Source of the DNA: a virus
Lineage: Duplodnaviria > Heunggongvirae > Uroviricota > Caudoviricetes
Direction: 5' to 3' (one strand)
IMG/VR virus record: IMGVR_UViG_3300006217_000002
DNA: 64,000 nt
A program made the translations under genes and the position numbers. How positions within the stretch are numbered: the stretch's first letter is position 1; each line of letters starts with the position of its first letter. The notes under the pieces were generated by a model. It saw only the letters and a program-made list of their open reading frames with translations, was not told the origin of the DNA and did no database searches. Positions 58,476 through 64,000 of this stretch are shown here, piece by piece.

Positions 58476-58508
58476 GTATAAGAGCGGAGGATTACTCCGC
58501 TCTTATAC
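58476..58508. terminator. Hairpin terminator
   Basis: GTATAAGAGCGGAG-GATTA-CTCCGCTCTTATAC. Confidence 0.75.
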
Positions 58509-58568
58509 ATGTTTCATAATTGCAAACATTAATTAGTAAAGTATTTAAAAAAGAAAGGATGAGATAAT

Positions 58569-59003
58569 ATGATAAATGGAACTTATCTTATGCCTAGGGT
58601 GCAAGAAGAAAGTAGATGTAGAACATCTAAGGATTATCAGTTTACAGATACAGGAATTTATAAAGTTCATTCTACAGCATTGATGCCTAATGTTTATTTT
58701 GATGAGGCTGCTGAAGAAAATAAATCTATAGATGATACTATATTCGTCAATGATGAAAGTACACAATTGATATTTCAGAGACAGATAAAACAACAAAATT
58801 ATCTGACCTGCCAGTTTATAGGTAGAGCTCCACTAGAGTGGTATAATGATGGAGAGTATACCAAGATGGGCAGAGAGTTTATAATGGTATGTAAAGGTGG
58901 AAACCCAGGAGCTAACTATAGAGTATTTGGAACTGAAGCAGCTATTAGAGGATATAATAGAGATGCAGGTTCAAATATAACCATGCCAGGTGGAGGTGAA
59001 TAA
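58569..59003 (+). CDS. Hypothetical protein, probably structural
   Basis: 144-aa ORF coupled to a baseplate-like gene. Confidence 0.6.
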   Translation: MINGTYLMPRVQEESRCRTSKDYQFTDTGIYKVHSTALMPNVYFDEAAEENKSIDDTIFVNDESTQLIFQRQIKQQNYLTCQFIGRAPLEWYNDGEYTKMGREFIMVCKGGNPGANYRVFGTEAAIRGYNRDAGSNITMPGGGE

Positions 59004-59005
59004 TA

Positions 59006-59389
59006 ATGGATCACAATTGGATAGATAAATTTATAAAATATGGGCAAGATGCAACTTTATCTTTGAAGAATTTTTATGAAACATTATTGATAGCTGATAA
59101 TGTTAACAGTGATCATATATACAGAGCACCATTTTATGATTTCTTTATCGAGCATGCTAAAGAGTTTGAAAAAACCATCCAATATTATAATCTACCTCAA
59201 CATATGTTTTATAGGCCAAAAACATTAGCATTTGAGGTGTATGGTACTACTGAAATGTGGCTTCCTATTTTACGAGTAAATGGGATGGTTAATATAACAG
59301 AATTTCATCAACCGATCATAAAGTTATATAATCCAAATGCTATTACTGGATTAATAGAAATATTCTTTAAACGTGAAGGAAAATATTAA
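59006..59389 (+). CDS. Baseplate wedge protein (T4 gp53/LysM-tail X-like)
   Basis: YRPKTLAFEVYGTTEMWLPILRVN. Confidence 0.7.
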   Translation: MDHNWIDKFIKYGQDATLSLKNFYETLLIADNVNSDHIYRAPFYDFFIEHAKEFEKTIQYYNLPQHMFYRPKTLAFEVYGTTEMWLPILRVNGMVNITEFHQPIIKLYNPNAITGLIEIFFKREGKY

Positions 59390-59394
59390 AATTC

Positions 59395-59422
59395 CAATGG
59401 TCGTGGGATCCCACGACCATTG
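59395..59422. terminator. Perfect 28-bp palindrome
   Basis: CAATGGTCGTGGGA|TCCCACGACCATTG. Confidence 0.7.
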
Positions 59423-59467
59423 ATCTATTCTATTACCTCTGGTTACATTTAATTAATTCGAAAGGAA

Positions 59468-60799
59468 GTGATAAAAATGTTACCTAATAATTATAGTGTA
59501 AACCCATCTCAAGCAAATCCTAATATTAAATTAGAAGGGGTTCAATTTGAAACTAATGTCGGTGCTAATTACGGTGAACATATTACAAATACAGGAGCAG
59601 TGTGTAATACATCAGCATCTCATACATATGGTAATGTGATGGCAGTTATTGAAAAATACGTACTTGATTTATTTAGGAATATTGATTTCAAAACAGTTAC
59701 TACAAGTACAACTCTTTCTAGTAGACAACTATCTCATCTACCATCTCAATTACAAAAGAAAGAGATGCCTATAATGGTATTAGTTCCAAGAATATCATTC
59801 GGTCAAGATGATAATAGATTCTTAGGTCATACAATAATGAATGATAATATAACTAATACACATTCATTTTGGGGAAATGGATCTTTATTAGAACTAGCTA
59901 AAGACCCAAGAAAAAATGTATATATTCATGGACATTACAACAGAGCAGTGATATATGTAGATGTTATCATGTCATTTAACACGTATGCAGAACAGACTAA
60001 TGTTGCATCTCAGTTATTCAATATGATAGGTATTGGTCATAATAGAACTATACGCGCTCCACTTGAATTATTTATCCCTAATGACTTCTGCTATCTAATT
60101 TCAAATATTACTGACATACCAATGAAAAGTGAAGATGGATCTGTATACGATTTCATGACTTATATGAATACTATATGGCATCATCCAATAACTTATAAAC
60201 TTAAAGGCGGATCTAATACTGATGAATTCTTTATGTATTATCTTGCCGATATTGATACAGTGTTACAAGATCCTCAGGCAGGAGCAGGCATAAAAGATGG
60301 GCAGATCAGAAGAGCATTTGACCTATCTTTTACCGTAAGATGTGATTTTAATACAATAAGTTATTTTACACTAAACTCTCCGAAAATAAAGAAGGATATT
60401 CATATTCCTAACAAAGACGATTTAGCAATAGTATCAATGTTCTCTGATGTTATTAATCTTGATGATTTTGCTTTACCGATTGGATGGTCTATTTTAAGTT
60501 GGCCAATATTTAAACTAGAGAAAGGAGAGAATACTATATCTATAGATTCTATCCTTAATCAATCATTAAGGCTTGTAATAGATCATCATTTAAAATTTGG
60601 CATTCCTATGGAAAGATTTATCAGAATAGAATTCCGCGAAAATGGTCAGATATTAAACAATGAGATGTATTACATTGATTGGAATCAGAGAATTTTAAAT
60701 ATAGTAAATCCAAACTATAGACGTACTTATAGATTATTGGTTACAGTATCACATGAATATGTGAATAATCTAATCAAGGATCTTTATAACCTTGAATAG
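59468..60799 (+). CDS. Probable virion structural (neck/tail-completion-like) protein
   Basis: Beta-rich 443-aa ORF among structural genes; late-type motif at 59444. Confidence 0.4.
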   Translation: MIKMLPNNYSVNPSQANPNIKLEGVQFETNVGANYGEHITNTGAVCNTSASHTYGNVMAVIEKYVLDLFRNIDFKTVTTSTTLSSRQLSHLPSQLQKKEMPIMVLVPRISFGQDDNRFLGHTIMNDNITNTHSFWGNGSLLELAKDPRKNVYIHGHYNRAVIYVDVIMSFNTYAEQTNVASQLFNMIGIGHNRTIRAPLELFIPNDFCYLISNITDIPMKSEDGSVYDFMTYMNTIWHHPITYKLKGGSNTDEFFMYYLADIDTVLQDPQAGAGIKDGQIRRAFDLSFTVRCDFNTISYFTLNSPKIKKDIHIPNKDDLAIVSMFSDVINLDDFALPIGWSILSWPIFKLEKGENTISIDSILNQSLRLVIDHHLKFGIPMERFIRIEFRENGQILNNEMYYIDWNQRILNIVNPNYRRTYRLLVTVSHEYVNNLIKDLYNLE

Positions 60800-60817
60800 G
60801 AAAGGAGGAATGACATC

Positions 60818-62209
60818 GTGAACGACGGAATTTTCAGTCTTAATATTTGGGGATATGATGATATCACGGAACTCATATCTGAGTCTGTAGATATAAATCC
60901 AATTATCATGGAAGCTACAGATGGTGCAACTAAGAAGAACATCTTCTCTAGACTCATCAGTCTTTTGAAACGTTTATATAGGATCATAAAAGCTAAAATG
61001 TCTGAGGTAACTTCATCTTTTGTGTCTATATTTAAAACTAAAAAAGTTGATGATAAAACCTTAGATCAGATTGCTGAATACGTTCTAGGAGAAGTTGAAG
61101 ATGTACCTACTAGCAAACATCTTCGTTTCAGATATGAAGATGATAAGAGAATTACAATAAACTACATTGCAAATACAGTTAAAAAGTTTATTAAAGAACC
61201 TGATGTACCTGGTCATGATCCAAAAGATAGGCCATATCAATATGCAATACTATTAGTATTTCATCTTATTAAGAAACCATATCTTCTTGATCCTGTTATC
61301 GAAATGCTTGATGATATAAGTACCAATAGCGGAAATATAACATTTCCTGTTGCAAGAATGAAAGAATCATTAAATGCAATATGGGCTGGTACATCGCTTG
61401 GTTTAAGTTGTAACATATCATTAGAAGAATGGACTGCATTGAATAATAAAATAGTGGCACTTAATAAGAAAATGGAGACTGTAGACGATGAAACATTTGA
61501 TAGAATAAATATTGATGATAACGGCAATGGTTTAACTAAAGATTGGGCGAAAATTTTTAATGAACTCACTTCGTTAACTGCATTCTTACAAAAAGGAATA
61601 AATTCTATTGGAGATGGAATGCGTCAAATATATACTCTTGATGATAAATTTCATAATAGAATTAATGCAAACAATTTCAAGGATACTCTTCCAAAATTTG
61701 TAAAAATGTGTGTTGAGTATAATATTCCAAGTAAATATATTCATTATGCCGTTAGACAGATATGTGATATTTCTATCAATTCAGATATTAAAAATCCAAA
61801 TGTTAAAGCAGATGATGAAGCTTATCTAAAAGGAAACGGAAGATTTGTTATATTCCCAAGTGACCAGTCACTTTCAGGGAAAATCATAAAAGTTGCATAT
61901 AATGGACTAGGAGTAAGAGGTAATCGTAGTGAGTTCATTGTATGGAACAAGGTAAAAGATATTCCTGAAATAGCAGATGAATTATATTATATTTATGATA
62001 TAGGAGATGAAGAAAACTATGTAATTGTAACTGATAGAGCAACTCCTATTGATAAATATGATAAATGTACAGAATGGAACAATCGGATGAAACAGCTCTG
62101 TATAGACAATAACGTAGGTTTCATTATAAGATGTAATGACGGAGGTTTTGGTGAATTAAACGGAAAGGTAATATGTATTGACTATGGAAATGTTCATAGA
62201 ATAAACTAG
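60818..62209 (+). CDS. Paralog of 56970..58472: head-protein leader + kinase-like (possibly pseudokinase) domain
   Basis: ISES/IMEA leader; KGNGR, IIKVAY, GNRSE, IRCNDGGFG (catalytic Asp position apparently Arg), CIDYG. Confidence 0.65.
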   Translation: MNDGIFSLNIWGYDDITELISESVDINPIIMEATDGATKKNIFSRLISLLKRLYRIIKAKMSEVTSSFVSIFKTKKVDDKTLDQIAEYVLGEVEDVPTSKHLRFRYEDDKRITINYIANTVKKFIKEPDVPGHDPKDRPYQYAILLVFHLIKKPYLLDPVIEMLDDISTNSGNITFPVARMKESLNAIWAGTSLGLSCNISLEEWTALNNKIVALNKKMETVDDETFDRINIDDNGNGLTKDWAKIFNELTSLTAFLQKGINSIGDGMRQIYTLDDKFHNRINANNFKDTLPKFVKMCVEYNIPSKYIHYAVRQICDISINSDIKNPNVKADDEAYLKGNGRFVIFPSDQSLSGKIIKVAYNGLGVRGNRSEFIVWNKVKDIPEIADELYYIYDIGDEENYVIVTDRATPIDKYDKCTEWNNRMKQLCIDNNVGFIIRCNDGGFGELNGKVICIDYGNVHRIN

Positions 62210-62235
62210 AAGATAGTATGATGACTTCCTCAATT

Positions 62236-62245
62236 TATATATTAT
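62236..62245 (+). promoter_or_regulatory. Putative early promoter TATATATTAT
   Basis: Recurrent motif upstream of the phosphatase. Confidence 0.6.
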
Positions 62246-62282
62246 TATAGTAATAAATATATAGTGAAAGGAAGTGTTTGTC

Positions 62283-63014
62283 ATGAAGTATGTAGTATCC
62301 GATATTCATGGAAATCTCGAGAACTGGAAATCAATACTCGGGAAAATAAATTTGAATGGAGGCGATGAACTATATGTGCTTGGGGATGTTATTGATCGTC
62401 ATCCTCATGGTATTGATATCCTTCTTCAGATTATGTCTATGAAAAATGTCCATATGATCCTTGGAAACCATGAGTATATGATGTTAGAAGCTCTTGGATT
62501 TCCTTATGATGAATCAACGATTGTTGGAGTTAAACAAACAAGAGAAGCATTAGGTGTGTGGTATATCAACGGAGGCGAAGTAACACATGAGGCATACAAG
62601 AAACTATCAGAAGAAGAACAACTTAGAGTTATTGAATTCTTGAGAGATTTACCAATCAATATGAATGTAGAGGTTGGTAAAACTGTATACCGTTTATGTC
62701 ATGCAACTGTAGAAGAGATGTACGATTTAGTAGAATTATGTCATCCTGAAACTAGAACATCTTTCTGTGTATGGGATAGAGAAACTGTTATGATGCTAGC
62801 TGTATTGATGGATGAAGATACGAAAATAATATTCGGACATACTCCTACAATTAATTTCCAACCTGATAAAGAAACTCTTGAGATATTTAAATACGGAAAC
62901 GTTATAGGTATAGATTGTGGATCAGGATTTCCTGAGTACTCTAAGCATTTTAAATGCCGTGGAAGACTAGCATGCTTATGTCTCGATACTGAAGAAGTGA
63001 TTTATAGCAAGTAA
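62283..63014 (+). CDS. PPP-family Ser/Thr protein phosphatase (metallophosphoesterase, lambda-PP/PrpA-like)
   Basis: SDIHG, LGDVIDR, LGNHE, W..NGG..T, HA, WDRE, FGHTPT, IDCG. Confidence 0.85.
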   Translation: MKYVVSDIHGNLENWKSILGKINLNGGDELYVLGDVIDRHPHGIDILLQIMSMKNVHMILGNHEYMMLEALGFPYDESTIVGVKQTREALGVWYINGGEVTHEAYKKLSEEEQLRVIEFLRDLPINMNVEVGKTVYRLCHATVEEMYDLVELCHPETRTSFCVWDRETVMMLAVLMDEDTKIIFGHTPTINFQPDKETLEIFKYGNVIGIDCGSGFPEYSKHFKCRGRLACLCLDTEEVIYSK

Positions 63015-63019
63015 AATAC

Positions 63020-63058
63020 AAATAACAGAGAGGAGGAAATTCCTCCTCTCTGTTATTT
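63020..63058. terminator. Hairpin terminator
   Basis: AAATAACAGAGAGGAGGAA-A-TTCCTCCTCTCTGTTATTT. Confidence 0.8.
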
Positions 63059-63080
63059 AATTAATGAAAGGAAGATATAT

Positions 63081-63563
63081 ATGTATACAATAGAAAGCCT
63101 TAATGAAACATTCGAAAGGAAACATCAGGAAACTCTAAAAGATCCTCTATATGGAGATGAGATTAAACCTCTATTCAATGATGATGGAACATTTAACAGA
63201 GACAACTGGAATAGTTTTCAGGCTGATATAAGATCAAGGTTGGAGCGTTCAGATATCATATGTTGCGGTAATGAACTCCATATTGAGCATGAAGTTCCAG
63301 ATGAAAGAAATAATGATTATACATTATTAACCAATCTTGATTGTTTCATTACGTGGAGCCGTGATCAATGGCATATTATCATTAGCATTATATGCGATGA
63401 AACTGAACTTTATGATTCTTATGTAATTTCATGGTACAAGAGTAGAGGTAGGACAGAAATGATCACAAAGAATGGGGTAGCTATAAATATCAATGAGTAT
63501 GTAGACGTTCTCAATAAGCTCGAAGATATGGGTTTCTTCAATACAGAGAAATGGAGATTTTAA
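63081..63563 (+). CDS. Hypothetical phage protein
   Basis: 160-aa ORF; ISWYKSRGRTE motif. Confidence 0.65.
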   Translation: MYTIESLNETFERKHQETLKDPLYGDEIKPLFNDDGTFNRDNWNSFQADIRSRLERSDIICCGNELHIEHEVPDERNNDYTLLTNLDCFITWSRDQWHIIISIICDETELYDSYVISWYKSRGRTEMITKNGVAININEYVDVLNKLEDMGFFNTEKWRF

Positions 63564-63574
63564 GGAGGTAATAT

Positions 63575-63988
63575 ATGGAAAATACATTAAACATAAATGT
63601 GAATTCAGCAAGAACTGCATTGTTTAACATCATGATGTATCTTAACAAAGATTTCGATGGAGATTTTATAACTATAGATGGCGTGAAATATTACGCAAAC
63701 ATTAATACGGATTACATTTCTATATGTGATAAACTCCCGAGAATAAAAAAGAAAGATGGCACAGCATATGTGACAGGAGACGCACAGGATTGGACATATC
63801 ATTACACATGGGAAGACTTTATGGAAACATTCAATGATGCGTCAAGCGACGAAAGATCTGAACGAAATGTTGTTTTCAAGAAAGTAAGAGAATATTTTAT
63901 GGAGAATCCAAAAGAAGCTTTGGGAGGTCCGGATAAAACAATTACGGAAGAATATGTACTGCAGATATGTAAACAATCCGTGATCTAG
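63575..63988 (+). CDS. Hypothetical protein
   Basis: 137-aa ORF with AAGGAGG SD. Confidence 0.65.
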   Translation: MENTLNINVNSARTALFNIMMYLNKDFDGDFITIDGVKYYANINTDYISICDKLPRIKKKDGTAYVTGDAQDWTYHYTWEDFMETFNDASSDERSERNVVFKKVREYFMENPKEALGGPDKTITEEYVLQICKQSVI

Positions 63989-64000
63989 TATAGGATTCAT

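Noticed and set aside
2669-63802. Many short ORF-track entries antisense to or nested in long genes (e.g. 3247..3582, 19131..19469, 49827..50180, 54204..54812, 56143..56589)
   Set aside because: Shadow ORFs: no SD, Ser/Phe/Ile-rich mirror composition, fully overlapping well-supported genes
1-64000. CRISPR array, tRNA/rRNA genes, IS/integrase, group I/II intron, reverse transcriptase
   Set aside because: No regularly spaced repeats, cloverleaf or T-loop signatures, DDE/tyrosine recombinase or YxDD motifs seen; repeats found are two-copy and in frame
1-64000. Alternative genetic code (stop recoding)
   Set aside because: Conserved genes are full length in code 11 and TAA, TAG and TGA all end genes
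1-64000. Phage nucleus (chimallin/PhuZ) or major capsid protein
   Set aside because: None recognised in this window; nucleus formation cannot be inferred

Overview
64-kb, AT-rich, densely coding segment of a jumbo myophage with split multisubunit RNA polymerases (phiKZ/AR9-PBS1-like organisation). Strong AGGAGG Shine-Dalgarno sites, an anaerobic RNR and a lysozyme+amidase endolysin point to an anaerobic Firmicutes host. Recognisable genes: SbcC/Rad50-like ATPase, NAD-dependent ligase, GyrA/ParC, two RNAP subunits (beta C-terminal piece, beta' C-terminal half), PPK1, RNase HI, an NrdH-NrdD-NrdG-ferredoxin:disulfide reductase operon, endolysin, prohead protease, probable portal, baseplate proteins and a set of internal head proteins. 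Main leads: (1) a candidate phage phospho-signalling system, with two kinase-fold domains fused to head-protein leaders carrying protease sites (probably virion-packaged), an early kinase-Zn-ribbon protein and an early PPP phosphatase; (2) exact 24-72 bp in-frame sequence patches shared between or within genes, several encoding predicted prohead-protease sites, suggesting shuffling of virion-address tags; (3) a G15 tract whose +1 variant would fuse two HTH genes; (4) a candidate -1 frameshift after a gp26-like baseplate/tail-assembly gene; (5) two promoter-like motifs that separate non-structural from structural genes. All family calls come from motif recognition by eye; no searches were run.
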